Shown: piece after piece, positions 26,181-40,957 of the stretch
Numbering within the stretch: position 1 is the stretch's first letter
How the letters are laid out: the number at the start of each line of letters is the position of its first letter
Source of the DNA: Octopus vulgaris
Lineage: Eukaryota
DNA: 64,000 nt
NCBI GenBank assembly: GCA_951406725.2
Contig: OX597821.1
Location: 64,728,001-64,792,000, forward strand
Direction: 5' to 3'
The notes under the pieces: model-generated
What the model saw: only the letters and a program-made list of their open reading frames with translations
What the model was told of the DNA's origin: nothing
Database searches by the model: none
Position numbers and translations under genes: made by a program

Positions 26181-27697
26181 CATAGACCTACGCATGTATA
26201 CTCTCATATATTTGTACACAAGGGCATACATATACAGAGATACATGAGAGAGGCAGAGAGGGAGCGTATGTGTGTGTGTGTGCGTGTGCATGTGTGTGTG
26301 TTTGCGTGTGTGTGTCTGTGTATTTGTGCGTGTGTACAATGTGTGTACGTATGTCATGCCTTAAACTATCGTTTATCCCAATTAAAGTCATCACAAAATA
26401 TTCAGAAAGTAAAGACGGATGACATGTCGGTAAAAAACTTTGTCCGGCAAGGTAACGATTTTACCATTAGCTATTGCTTCAAATTCAGGCACAATGCCAA
26501 CAATTTGTGAGGATGCGAGTAAAACCATTACACCGACCCTAGCGCACATGTGGTACTTGTTTTTGTTAACTCCGAATGGCAAAGTCGATCTTCGCGGTGT
26601 TTGGACTCAGAACGTAAAATCGAAGAAAGTACCGCTAAGAATTTTAGCGTTTCTACTCCAGCACAAACCCTGAGATTTTTGGTAAATAGATCTACGATTA
26701 TGTGCACACAGTATATGCACTATCTCTTAATTTTTTAAACATAGTAATGTATATAGGAATACTTTATTCAACGTGTCTTTGTTAGATGTGCCTTAGAGAG
26801 AATTTTTCATTGGTTCTGTTGTTTTGTTCCATTGATACATAATTTTTACCCGAACATTCCAAGGCTAGAGATTCTCCCTCTATCCTATTCTAAATGTCCC
26901 TACCTGAAGAATAGACTATATCTTTAGTATCAAATTAATCCTTCTCAGAAACTGAACTTTCCCTCTGTATCCACAGGCGGTCTTAATCATCTTCACACGC
27001 ACAAGATGTACATCAATACAAAGCCGTAATATATCTTGACAAGGCTGCTAGCTGTAAAGTATATTGTGAAGTTCTGGGTGTAACGAGTAAGATATATTAT
27101 ATATTAATTCATACCTATTGTGACTTAAGCTAAAGCGCATTCTACTGGACTTTAAATGGTAAACGTATATGTATTGGTATCGATTAACCTGGGTTTGTCC
27201 TGGAATAATATAAAATCTGTACCTAGTCCTCTCAGTCTATAAAATCAGTACATTAGAAACTTAAGTTTTGAAATATTCCTTAATCTATTTCGATACAATA
27301 TTCCTTGAAAAGTGACTTCTAGATTTATTGTATGATATTAAAGTCGGCCTTCTTTGTTGTCAAGACTGAAGCCAGAGAAAGTGTTACAGAAAATATTGTT
27401 CTTAATATCCCCTGCCTAGAGTTTACTCAATGTCACGAGTTATATACTTATCTAAAATTTTTACATACATAAAAATCGAAGATGACTGATTTTGGCACGA
27501 TGGTATATTAAAGAAAATGATCTTCACATCTTACCAAGTAATCTAGTTCAGAGTTTACTGGTCTGTGACTTAAATCTGAAATCGATTGACTTACACTTTC
27601 ACCTTTTCAGGTAAAATACAAAGCAATAAATCTACGATTATGAAAGGTTCGAAATATATCATACACATTTCTATACACACACACACACACACACATG

Positions 27698-27728
<31 letters not shown>

Positions 27729-27801
27729 ATGTATATATCAGTATATATATATATATGTGTGTGTGTGTATATATATGTATATATGCGTATGTATATATGT
27801 A

Positions 27802-27851
<50 letters not shown>

Positions 27852-28054
27852 TAAAGTTTCTGGCTTTAGGTAAGAGAAAATCCAGGAAGATCAGTTAATT
27901 ATAACTCTATTCAAGAGATTCCTCTCTGAGATTTACACACATATTACAACGTTCCTTCAGTTTTTCTAAACCACGTAAAAGAACTCGGAACGTCAGGCCT
28001 CCAACCAGGCCTTTCACGATATCCTAAAAGCCAGGAACTTTTCAGCGCCACTCG

Positions 28055-28056
<2 letters not shown>
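27852..28056. mobile_element. Mariner-type MITE relic
   Basis: AAAGTTTCTGGCTTTAGG versus CCTAAAAGCCAGGAACTTTTCAGCGCCACTCGTA, in a TA tract. Confidence 0.6.
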
Positions 28057-28139
<83 letters not shown>

Positions 28140-29279
28140 TTATGCACACATTACATAAGCTCATATCAATATAGACGCATACATGCGCATAAATCTGTAA
28201 AGCTTTTGATTTTGAAATGTTTAAGTTTTATTAATGATAATGTCGTCTGTATGCCTACCTTGTAACAAAACAGAAACTAAGGACAACGTTTAATAATGAT
28301 TTACAAGTATTCTAAACTGTTGAAAGCAAAAACCAACGCAGTGAGTAAAAAAATGCTGATTACGGCAAACAAAACTAGTCGGTATCGAAATGTGAACTGA
28401 CAGGTTCTAAATACGAATGTGTACCCAAGACAGCCTGCATTTGCTAGTACTATAAATATTGACACAGATTACTGAGGTCAGAACTCATTGGCAATGGAAT
28501 TCATTCAGAATTGTAATAGGAAACGTAATAATATGTTAGGATTCATTGAGAGTAATTTCATGGTTTATTAATTAAGCAATAACCTGTCTGATTTCATGCT
28601 CCGTTGATTAATTGTAATACTCAGACACTACAGACCACACACACCTTCGCCACCAAAATAATTTTGACTACAGTCTCGTTCATTGGATTATATCAACGGA
28701 GCAGACACACAAAAACCTCGAAACACGCATATATATACATGCATATATATATACACCCACATAAGTGACTTTGTATATACATAGCTACTAACAAAGCAAT
28801 CTCTCTGTCTCTCACTCTTACTCACTCTCTCTCTCTCCCTCTTACTCTCTCTAGGTCTCTCTCTGTCTCTCTGAATATATATGTATATATATATATATAA
28901 CCTAATATTTGTATACTTGCACTTAATGTTCGGCCGACGTTGATATTTCTTTCAATTTTTCATTAATTCTCTTTGTCTCACTCATTAATTTTCTCACAAC
29001 AGAATAACTGAGAAATTCAATTTCTCACTTTCTTCCAACAATAAAAATGTTCTCTCTCTTTCATCTAATCTTTTACTTGCACATAGACACTCACGCATAC
29101 ACTCAGCTAACTTATGTACCCCTGTCCGTCTAAAATTCATTCATGTCTTTCAATATTAACCTTCTTGACATAGTGTTTAACACGTATATATACTCACACT
29201 CACATACACACACACATATACAAACGTTCATAGAGGTAAATGTAAGAATAAGTGAATTACCGAATTTAATATATAAATT

Positions 29280-29480
29280 GTACTCTTTTACTTGTTTCAG
29301 TCATTTGACAGTGACCATGCTGGAGCACGGCCTTTAGTCGAGCAAACCGACCCCAGGACTTATTCTTTGTAAGCTTAGTACTTATTCTATCGTTCTCTTT
29401 GGTCGAACCGCTAAGTTAAGGGGACGTAAACACACCACCATCGGTTGTCAAGTGATGTTCTGTGGACAAACACAGACACA

Positions 29481-29556
<76 letters not shown>

Positions 29557-29736
29557 CATATACATATTTACGACGGCCTTTCATTTCAGTCTCCGTCTAC
29601 CAAATCCACTCACAAGGCTTTGGTCGGCTCGAGGTTATAGTAGAAGATACTTGGCCAAGGTGCCATACAGGTGGGATTGACCCGGAACCATCTAGTTGGT
29701 AAGCAAGCTACTTAACACACAGCCATTCCTGCACCT
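29280..29736 (-). mobile_element. SINE family A
   Basis: Homology to other copies. Confidence 0.9.
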
Positions 29737-29894
29737 ACAAATACATGAAATTAAATACATGAGATAGAAAAAATGTATATATGTATATATATGAAAAGGT
29801 CCAACTTACATATCTTAGAAATGGTATAGAGAAATAAAGGATTGTAAAAACCCGGTGCCGTATAACAAAACCATTCGCACCAAAAGCATATATA

Positions 29895-30029
29895 GATCGT
29901 TAGCCACTACATATTCTTTATTTTCTCTCCTTGTTTCTTTCTGTGTTCCTTTCTGTGGAAGAGTGTAGACTTTTTCACATCCCGAGCGTTATACTAATAC
30001 ATCTGTTTGTTGTCTACACCACCTGTCTC

Positions 30030-30030
<1 letters not shown>
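29895..30030 (+). mobile_element. Solo P1 pseudo-LTR fragment with the hammerhead partly deleted
   Basis: CTTTCTGTGGAAGAG..GAGCGTTATACTAATACATCTGTTTG homologous to 22530-22725. Confidence 0.75.
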
Positions 30031-30100
<70 letters not shown>

Positions 30101-30563
30101 TAAAACGGCATCCCCACCTTGAACACACAAATATGGTAAAGTATGACCACTAATTTCGGGATAGAGTCTATAATTTTGCACTTACGAAAAAAAAAACTTG
30201 AATGAGTCATAACAATTCAAAAACTGCAAATTTTTCATTTCCCTTCTTGGCGCTTTATACGGCTTGGATGAAACTATAGTTAATAATTTGAAAAATTATA
30301 ATCACAGTATGTGTGTGTGTGTGTGTGTGTGTGTGTATTTGTCTGGTTTTAGTTTTTCACAGTTAGGCTGAAATACTAATACTAACATAAATAGGTATAA
30401 ACACATCAACACAGTCATCCATTCAACGATGCACACAAAAAACACACACACATACACGCAAACACTCACGCACCCACATAAGCACACCAGCAACGGTTGT
30501 CAAGCGATGTTGTGGGAACAAACGCAGACACACACACACGCACACACACACACACACACACAC

Positions 30564-30603
<40 letters not shown>

Positions 30604-31586
30604 GAGAGGCTTATTTGGTCGGCCCGAGGCTATAGTAGAAGACACATGCCCAAGGATCCACGCAGTGGGACTGAATTCGGAAGCATGTGGTTGGTAAGCA
30701 AGCTACTTACCATACAGCCACTCCTGTATGTATATATATGTGTGTGTGTGTATGCATATATACATACATACATTTATATATATATATATATACATACATA
30801 TATATATGCACATATATACATATATGCATACATATATACACTTATGTCTGTGTCTTAGTGCGTGTGTTTGTGTTTGTATGCGTATGCACATACACGCATC
30901 TAATCATCTTTATGCCTCTATATCTTAAACACGTGTTTTATATTTTATGTATATATGTATTTGTGTATTAGTAACGTAGTGTATTTACTTGATACTTTGT
31001 GAAACAGATTTCGTATGCGTTTGTGCATACATTCTTAGGAATATGTAACATCTCCGACAGGAAAAGTAGACGAGACCTACATTAATAAAGCCAAAACATC
31101 TTTAGAAGTGATCAAATGATATGCACACAATCCTTCAAAGTGATAATTGTTAGGTTTGAAGAATATAGAATTGATACGATTTTGTTCCTATATTATTTTT
31201 CGTAATGGGCGGAATCTGAAAATAACTATTTGCAGTGAATAAAGCTTTGCCAACAACAAGTCAAATACAATAATTCTACTCATCTGGTGTTGTTAGATAA
31301 AGTTGTGCCAAATAGAAGTAGCTTATTAGGGGGCGAGAATGCTCGCATCAGAAAAATATTTGTGCTGTACATATGTGTGTGTGTGTGTGTGTCTATGTGT
31401 GTCTCTTTGTAGTTTTGTTATTCGAGTTCATTATGTATATGAAGCTGTGTGTGCATGATCGCTTGTTTCGGAATATATTTGTTGTAAGAAAGATTCTTAA
31501 GTAAGGGAGAATAAAGACAACGGTAACAAAATATAGGAACAAAGCAAATTTTAAAAAAATAAAGAACAGGAGCAATAATAACAATG

Positions 31587-31674
<88 letters not shown>

Positions 31675-32020
31675 TAATAATAATAACAATATTAATAACA
31701 AGAACAATACCAACAACAATAATATAACAACAAGTACAACAAAAGCAAAAACAGGGTGCTCGCAATAGTGAACAACAAATAAGCTAAGTTTATAACTATA
31801 TAAGATTAAAATACATTTGAGCGACAGCACGTCTTCTGTTTTTGAATAGCCTGCAGTATTTATCTGTTTGGTTCTAAGTACGTGTTCTGGAATATAATGT
31901 AAAGAATTAAAGCTACTTTGACGCCTCGAATATTCCAGATCTACGCGGAACACATTGCCGCTCTAAAATTGTCGATTCTCGGATAATCAGAGTCGCAGCA
32001 TGTAATTTTAGTCTCTCAGA

Positions 32021-32084
<64 letters not shown>

Positions 32085-33226
32085 ATATGTATGTATATAA
32101 CTTATGGTAATTTCAAGCTGATACAGCAGAAACTAAAATGAACCTCATTCAAGCTACTTAACATTCAACAAAGAACCATACTCCAACTCTATCCGACTTG
32201 AGCCACTAACAATTTTCTCTTTCCAAGAATGATATACCATTATGATCGGAGATTACGATAAAACAATATCTTGCAGCAGCTTGTATTTCATTCTGGCATG
32301 AATTGAATTCATTGATAAAAATGTCACATGAAAAATAGGTATCTGTCGAAAACCCTTTGTGTTGTGAGATGATACAATAAGCGAGATTGGTTATTCTAAA
32401 GGTCACTTTGTGATATTAAGCCGGTGCATAATTCATTGAACGATAGTACAGTGTACACTTTTTTCTATATATATATAGAAAAGAAAAGCTGCATAAGTGC
32501 TTATTATACTTGTTAAGGATATATCCGTATCGTTTACTTGTCTCAGTCATTTCATTGCGGCCATGCTGGGGCACAACCTTCAAGAATTTTTTAGTAGATT
32601 GCTTTTTTTATCTATCTATCTATCAGTCTTTTGTCGAACCGCTAAGTTACTGGCATGTATAAGGGGTGATGAGTGACAACACGTGCACGCCCTGCACACA
32701 CGTACACAAACACACACACACACGCGCACACACAGACACACAAACACACAGACAGAAACACGCACATATAAACACACAGACACACGCGTGCGCGTGCACA
32801 CTCACAAACGCACACGGAATCGCTCACATACACACATATGTGACTCTGTTTACCAGACACCATCTTTCACTATTCTGCATGTCAACAACCAACCAGTAAA
32901 TACACATATACGTTAAGCAAAAAATATCTCATAACTTATTAAAACAGAAGAAATATAAATCATATAATAAAGTGGAAAGAGGTTAACAAGACGCAGCATT
33001 AGCTGCGTGGGAAGAAACTTACCGCAGTACAACATGGCTCCAGGTTTAGTCGCACTGCGTGACACCTTGTCCTCCATTATTGCTTCGAAGTGGAATTGGA
33101 AGACGGAAATTGAAAGAAGCCCGTCGTTGATATATATATATAAGGTGTAAGTTAGAGGTGTTTAAACAATCTAAGGGATAGATGTATCCAAAGGCACTCC
33201 TGGTAATTACCTCAGTAAGTATGGAG

Positions 33227-33288
<62 letters not shown>

Positions 33289-33429
33289 GAGCAATCTCGA
33301 GTATAACCAGCCGAAATTGCAAAGATAATCTAGAACTCGACTGACAAATGAAAACTCCGAACGGCTCGTCCTTGTTTTCCTTGTATCGTTTGTCTGGATG
33401 TTTTGCGCTCTTGTCGCATTTTTGTATTT

Positions 33430-33515
<86 letters not shown>

Positions 33516-34018
33516 TGTGTGTTTGTGTGTGTGTGTATGTTTGTGTGTGTGTTTGTGTGTGTGTTTATGTGTGTGTATCACTGCGTGCGTCTTTGTGTTC
33601 GTGTTTGTACTCCCAAACCACTAAACCACTTGACAACCGGTGTTGGTGTGTTTACGTCTCCGTAACTTAGCGTTTCGTTAAAACAGACCGATTGAATATG
33701 TACGAAGCTTAAGAAAAATAAGTACTGCTGATGAGGACGATTCATTGGGCTAACACTTCAAGGTAGTGCACCAGCTTGGCCGCAGCCAAATGACTGAAAC
33801 AAATAAACGATAAAAGTTAAAAACTTTTACTAAAACCAAACCACAAAAAAAAAACATGGTGTATGAATATTATAAGTAGGGTTTCGAAAGTGATGAGCTG
33901 CAAGAACTGCTTCGATGTGGGATCCTTTCTCCCGGTGCATTATATTCTCAGTTGACTTAGCCTTCATTCTGTCGGATTCGATAAAATAAACATCAGTCAA
34001 CTACAACTACTAGGGAGG

Positions 34019-34404
34019 GGAGCGCAATGGCCCAGTGGTTAGGGCAGCGGACTCGCGGTCATAGGATCGCGGTTTCGATTCCCAGACCGGCCGTTGTGAG
34101 TGTTTATTGAGCGAAAACACTTAAAAGCTCCACGAGGCTCCGGCAGGGGATGGTGGTGATCCCTGCTGTACTCTTTCACCACAACTTTCTCTCACTCTTA
34201 CTTCCTGTTTCTGTTGTACCTGTATTTCAAGGGGCCAGCCTTGTCACTCTCTGTGTCACGCTGAATATCCCCGAGAACTATGTTAAGGGTGCACGTGTCT
34301 GTGGAGTGCTCAGCCACTTACACGTTAATTTCACGAGCAGGCTGTTCCGTTGATTCGGATCAACCGGAACCCTCATCGTCGTAACCGACGGAGTGCTTCC
34401 ATCC
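34019..34404 (+). mobile_element. SINE family C, full length, tail type 3, 10-bp TSD
   Basis: GGAGCGCAATGGCCCAGTGG A-box, GGTTTCGATTCC B-box; ACTAGGGAGG at 34009-34018 and 34405-34414. Confidence 0.92.
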
Positions 34405-35184
34405 ACTAGGGAGGATATAATCAACATACTCCCCTCACGTCTCCCAAAACTGCTGACCTTCTGCCATAATGTTAAAGAATTATTAGAATGACGGCGCTAC
34501 TTTCTCTGCCGTTTAATACTTGTCAGCGATATTATTAAAAAATTTTCTACTTCCATGATAGCCGTTAAATCTAAAAAGGTTGGTTCAGTTAAGTACGTGA
34601 AAGAAAACAGTAGATCTTTCTAAATTAATTTTTAAAAAACTGAACTTCCTGACTTGAATAACAGGAGTGCCCTGCTATTTCTTCGTGATCCTTTGAAGTG
34701 GGTGGGGGTGGGCTTTTCCCCTGTCTTCATTAAAGTAATGAATGAGATTTGAAACGAATTTAATTTACAGTTTGCTTTACCTGGTAGATGTTTACGGAGC
34801 TGCTTTTCTATCCTGGCCCAACACTCGGTTATGATCAGACAAATTCATTAACACATGGTAACATTTCAAATGTAAATTGTTGCTTATCCTCTTGCGGGTA
34901 TATTTTTAGTGTATTAAGCTGCTCGAAAATGCTCGTTAACTAGCATAGTGTGCAAAAGTATTTTACATCATAAGAGAGCTCTCTAAGATTTAGGTCCTTT
35001 CTGAGGGCCAAAAAATTCGTTTTCATTTCCATAAGACGTCTCAATGCCCGTAAATTTCTAGGTGCAATCTCATGGTCATTCATGACCGAAGGAAGTCTTT
35101 ACTTACTTTTTACTATAAATGCTTGTTGTACCATACGACACGAAGGATAGAGACACTTAGTTTAATAAATTAAGCACTAAACTA

Positions 35185-35735
35185 CTGGGTTGTCCGGAAA
35201 GTTCGTGCCGATTTATAGTAGCTTAACTTTCGACTTATTTTAGAACATGGTTGAGTCCATAAAATAGAATTTGACTACACCTCCATTTCGAGCACAGTTT
35301 AAGCTATCTTTTCGTGGAAGAAAGTTTATGTTCCTATAAACTGTGTTAATTCTGTAACCCTTTAAAATGGAAGATAAGAAAGTTCATTTTCGGCACTTGA
35401 TATTTTGGGAACCAGACAAAAATTGCTGCAGCTCGGCCGGAATGTGTTACCCCACCCTCCATATTCACCAGATTTCCACTTAATCAGGTCTCCGCAGAAT
35501 AGTCTTACTGGTAAAACTTTCAATTCCTTGGATGACATAAAAAGATACCTTGATGAATTCTTTGCCATGAAACTACCTCAATTCTGGGAAGAGGGTATTT
35601 TCAAGTTAAAGGAAAGATGGAGACGCATTGTGCAACAAAAGGATTAATATTTGGTTGACTAAAAATGTAATGGGAAGTATCTATTAACCTTTTTCCTTCC
35701 TTTAAAAATCGGCATGAACTTTCTGGTCACCCCAA
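35185..35735 (+). mobile_element. Internally deleted mariner element
   Basis: TA-flanked TIRs TGGGTTGTCCGGAAAGTTCGTGCCGATTT / AAATCGGCATGAACTTTCTGGTCACCCCA; MEDKKVHFRHL joined to VLPHPPYSPD..GIFKLKERW. Confidence 0.92.
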
Positions 35736-36039
35736 TATGTTCACTTTTGGAATTCAACTTCACACTAGAGACTAAGGCGCTCTTTAAAAATTTTATATTT
35801 TTGTTAATACCTCTTTGAAGTTCTTTGGCCAATAAATTTCGACATAGTGTCAAATAGAGTCAAATTATCTTCCACCATCTGTTATTATGACGGGACCTGT
35901 ACATAGATAGTTGTAACTGGAAGCACGTCAATGTAGCGAGTCACTCAGAATATGATTGAAGTACTGGATAATACAAACTATTATCCCAATTCTCAAATAC
36001 TTCGTCCTTATGAAAGAAATCGTCAGAAAGAAATCACGA

Positions 36040-36388
36040 CACTCCATCTGTTTCGACGACGAGGGTTCCAGTTGATCTGATCAACGGAACAGCCTGAAAT
36101 TAACGTGCACGTGGCTGAGCATTCCACAAACCCGTTTGCCCTTAACGTAGTTCTCGGGAAGATTCAGCTTGACGCAGAGTGTGACAAGGCTGGCCTTTTG
36201 AAATACAGGCACAACAGAAACGGGAAGAAATAGTGGCAGAAAGTTGTGGTAAAAGAGTACAGCAGGGTTCGCCACCCCCTCTGCCGGAACCTCGTGGAGC
36301 TTTAGGTGTTTTCGCGCAATAAGCACTCACAACACCCGGTCAGGGAATCGAAACCGCTATCCTATGACCACTGGGCCATTGCGCCTCC
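36040..36388 (-). mobile_element. SINE family C, tail type 3
   Basis: Reverse-complement homolog of 34019-34404 with a short deletion in the tRNA head. Confidence 0.88.
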
Positions 36389-38013
36389 ACAACAGAAATA
36401 AATAAATGGTGTCTTAAAAAGATATTATGTATTTATGATATGACACAAGGAAACATCTAATGAGAATATTCCGCATTTTACTGTTCTATATTTAAGAACA
36501 ATCAACGCCCGCCGATTGCTGTTTACCCGAGCACATTCTTCTTTATAAGTACCATATTTGAAACAACAAACCTCTTACATAGTTCAAAGTAAAACATCAA
36601 TGAGACAATAAACCTCTTACATTTACAACACAAAAAGCCATTGTGAGGCAATACACCTCTTACAGAAGTGAATTATAAAATCAATGAAATAATACAAATG
36701 AGGCACAAAGTCTCTTACTTTAATTAGTTACAAATCTTCGTGTCCGACCAGACTTCTCGCCTCAGTTCAACACCTAGACTGCGCCAAGTCGGGCCAATTT
36801 AGCATGACTCTGAAGGTATCCTCGGGGAAGGAGTCCATTATCCTGAACAGGTCGGTCTTCCCCGTGACTTTCGCAGCCACCTGCGAAGGCCAGTCAGGGT
36901 CCTCCGTGCAGGACAGAATCCCATCCCTTCGGCCCTTCGTTTTAAGCTTCTTAACAAAGCCCTCCAGTGTCCCTCCCTTATGGAAGAGGACCACAAATTC
37001 CTCCTCCGTATCATGGGGTGATGTACAGTTTCCACCTTTGTTGGCACAACTCCCACCGAAGGGGCTTGGGGCAACGCTGGCGGTTTGTGACACACTTAAG
37101 CTGGCTAAGTCCATCCTCATAATCACCCACAGTTTTTTAAAAAAACCAGACAACTCTTGCCTTTTGCTCCTGGGGTGATCAAGGCATGGCTAGTTGCTGT
37201 ATACAGTTACTACTCTGTAATCTGAAATTAATAATAACGATACATTAGCGAGTTTGAAGCGTTTAGGTAGCGTCCTCACAAATTAAACGTTATAATAAGG
37301 AGAATCTATTTACTTTTGAGACAGCCTCTGTATATATCAGGCATATATCGAAGTTGCTTCAATGAAATATAACGCTTTCCTATACACTTCTGGCTTTCAA
37401 CCAATATAAGAAACCATTATTTTCCATTTGTTTCTTTGTGCAGTTTTGCATTTCCTTTTCAAGTTTTTGAATTTTATCTCTGCAGACGTGGTTATTTGTT
37501 CATTGTTTAGTGTAATTCTTTTGATCTTCTCATTTTATTATAAGGGTACCTTGATGAAGATTGAGACATACGTTAAGAATTTAACCTTTATAAGAAAAAT
37601 ATTCCAATATAGCATAAGAAAATTTCTTAAAGATAATAGGCTTTCTTCAGATGATAAACACGTATAATGGTTGATATAATTAATACTGTATATTTGTCAA
37701 AGTTTTTGATGATTATTATTATTGTGCTGAAGTCTTCAAAACTAATAAAAATGTGACGTAAATATATCAAAGAGAGGGGTCGAGACACAAAAACCACTTC
37801 AATAAATGTATAAAAAATTCAAGTCTGCTTCAAAGTCTACTTGTCTACCCATTTTATTTCTGTGGTGCTGCAATTTTATTGAAATTTTGTTCAATTGACA
37901 TACGCAAACCTACGCATACGCACACACAAAACCACATGCATCCACACACACACACAAACACACACGTATATATATGTATTATGTATATATGCATAAATGT
38001 ATATGTGCATGAC

Positions 38014-38060
<47 letters not shown>

Positions 38061-38066
38061 CCACAC

Positions 38067-38127
<61 letters not shown>

Positions 38128-38128
38128 A

Positions 38129-38176
<48 letters not shown>

Positions 38177-38271
38177 AAAGAGAGAGAGAGAGAGAAAGTA
38201 ATATGTATGTATATACGCATATATAGTAACAAATACGATACTTTATCATTTTTGTAGTCATTTCATATGTC

Positions 38272-38303
<32 letters not shown>

Positions 38304-38370
38304 TATATGTATGTATGTATGTATGTATATATGTATGTGTGTATGTATGTATGTATGTATGTATGTATGT

Positions 38371-38488
38371 GTGCATTCATGTGGTGCGTGTGCATTCATG
38401 TGGTGCGTGTGCATTCATGTGGTGCGTGTGCATTCATGTGGTGCGTGTGCATTCATGTGGTGCGTGTGCATTCATGTGGTGCGTGTGC
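38371..38488 (+). repeat. 19-bp minisatellite GTGCATTCATGTGGTGCGT, 6 copies
   Basis: Perfect tandem copies. Confidence 0.95.
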
Positions 38489-39145
38489 GATCATCTCTTT
38501 ATCTATTTAAACCTATCTATCATTAGTCGATATTTTTAGTTAAATGTCTCAGCATTTCATCCTGTATATAGTATTACCGCTTTCCTACTCCAATTTTCTA
38601 TGTTTCGCTCGTTATATATCTTTTTATTTCTCCAAGTGTCGGTATCTTTCATTTATCTGTGGTTGTTACTCTCCGTATTTATATATCCGTATATGTCTGT
38701 CTGCCATTTTCATCTCAGTGTGCCAGTAAGTATGTTTTAGGTGGATTTCGGTATATAAGCAGTTAATCAATATGCCTCCGGTTTCGGATTCGCAATCAGC
38801 CATCTTTATCTAGCCAATGGATATTATGGTATAACAGAAAACATCTCTAAACGGCTTTCGCGTTAGTATTGACTTTGGTGCAAAAGTGAAATTAAATAAT
38901 ATAAAGCGTTAACGGCAATGTATAGAGAGAAAAACAGTGACAATATTTACAGACACCTTTATAGACGTTCACACGCGTGGTTCTGCATATGTGTATGTGT
39001 GTGTGACTCTGTGTGTGTGTATGTGTGTGTTTGTGTGTGTGTGTGTGTGTAAATATACACAAATGTATATCTATATATAGTGATATTACTTGCACATGTA
39101 TATTCGTGAGCATGTTTATGTAAGTGTATATGTGAGTATATATGT

Positions 39146-39204
<59 letters not shown>

Positions 39205-39413
39205 TTTCTCTTTCTCTTTTACTTGTTTCAGTCATTTGACTGCGGCCATGCTGCAGCACCGCCTTTAGTCGAGCAAATCGACCCCGGGACTTATTCTTTG
39301 TGAGCCCAGTACTTATTGTATCGGTCTCTTTTGCCGAACCGCTAAGTGACGGCGACATAAACACACCAGCATCGATTGTCAAGCAATGCTAGGGGGACAA
39401 ACACACACACAAG

Positions 39414-39461
<48 letters not shown>

Positions 39462-39626
39462 CATATATACGACAGGCTTCTTTCAGTTTCCGTCTACGAA
39501 ATCCACTGACAAGGCTTTGGTCGGCCCGAGGCTATAGTAGAAGACACTTGCCCAAGATGCCACGTAGTGCGATTGAACCCGGAACCATGTAGTTGGTAAG
39601 CAAGCTACTTACCAAACAGCCACTCC
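39205..39626 (-). mobile_element. SINE family A
   Basis: Homology to other copies. Confidence 0.9.
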
Positions 39627-39949
39627 GATTTATTTATATATATGTAAGGAGGCGTTGAAGAGTTCCTCACACGCACACACTTGTACGCATATACACGTAT
39701 ACACACGCCCCGCTCGCTCAAAAACAAACCTACGCACAGCAACGTTCCTGCACTCACACACACTTCACCTTGTCTCATCACTCACATAAACACAAACATG
39801 CTACCACACATGCATACACACACAAACACACACACAGACACACACTGTCATTCTTCGCACTTTCCTGTCCCCTCTATTTCTTTCCACTTCCGGTGACTTT
39901 TAGCCATGTAACCAAACGTGCTATTCGTGGAAATTCTTTTTTCTCTGGA

Positions 39950-40098
39950 CTTTTTGTTTCTCCTCTATCTGACGAAGGGTTATTCTCGAAACGTTTAAAA
40001 CACATTCTTTTTCCACCTTTACTGAGCAACATGCTAATACATTCCATATGCACGCCGTCTTGTTGTTTTAATATTATTATTTTTTAATGTTCGATTTC

Positions 40099-40100
<2 letters not shown>
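39950..40100 (+). mobile_element. Diverged P1-related pseudo-LTR with canonical hammerhead core at 39969-39995
   Basis: CTGACGA A GGG TTATT CTC GAAAC GTT, then CTGAGC..CTAATAC as in P1; preceded by a CA-rich spacer; stem I weak. Confidence 0.65.
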
Positions 40101-40147
<47 letters not shown>

Positions 40148-40151
<4 letters not shown>

Positions 40152-40340
40152 AGAATTCACAAATAAAAACAAACAAAAGATGAAGACAGGTAGTGTAGAC
40201 AACAAACAGATGTATTAGTTTAACACTCGGGAAGTGAAAAAGTCTTTAACATTTCGAGCCTACGCACTTCCACAGAAAGGAAAGCAAAGAAACAAGGAGA
40301 GAAAACAAGGAGAGAAAATGTGTAGTGGCTAGCGAACTAT
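40148..40340 (-). mobile_element. Solo P1 pseudo-LTR
   Basis: Minus strand CTTT CTGTGGA A GTGC GTAG GCTC GAAAT GTT AAAG; abuts (TA)n. Confidence 0.8.
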
Positions 40341-40349
40341 GTATATATA

Positions 40350-40676
40350 ATTAGTGCACATTTAAGCACAAAAGAGGCGATCCTTAACAGGCAGCCTTAC
40401 ACGCTAGAAGGAGCACTCAAACGTCCAAAACCACATTTAAGAGCAAATTCGAAGGGAGTGAAAATAAAAACTTTTACCTTGTATTTTTTTACAGCCATAC
40501 CTAGTTTTCCAACTCTGATGAGAACTTCGCCTAGCAAATTATTTTATTTGCTAATTAGAGTTTTTATTTTTCATTCGAAATTGCTTATAAATGTGGTTTG
40601 GGATGTTTTGACTGCTCCTTCTAGCGTGTAATGCTGCCTGTTAAGGGTGGCCTGTTTTGTATTTAAATGTACACAA
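40350..40676. mobile_element. Palindromic element with hammerhead core near the loop (40515-40580, plus)
   Basis: CCTTAACAGGCAGC..TTACACGCTAGAAGGAGCA is inverted at about 40613-40647; CTGATGA GAA..TTC GAAA. Confidence 0.7.
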
Positions 40677-40777
40677 ATTTTATAAGGAAAATATGTTGTC
40701 AATTGATTCTTTATACATGCTAAGTCACTTGTAGTGAAATTTCTAAAATTTTGCTATCCTGTATTAATAATAATAAT

Positions 40778-40866
<89 letters not shown>

Positions 40867-40920
40867 TTTTTTGCGTAATGAGATAAAAAACCCAAGGCTG
40901 TATAGATAGTAGAGTATTTG

Positions 40921-40957
<37 letters not shown>

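Noticed and set aside
34019-34090. tRNA gene
   Set aside because: A and B boxes continue into a SINE body bounded by a TSD; no convincing cloverleaf.
36559-36720. CRISPR-like repeat-spacer pattern
   Set aside because: Eukaryotic context, only four degenerate repeats, uneven spacers, no cas genes.
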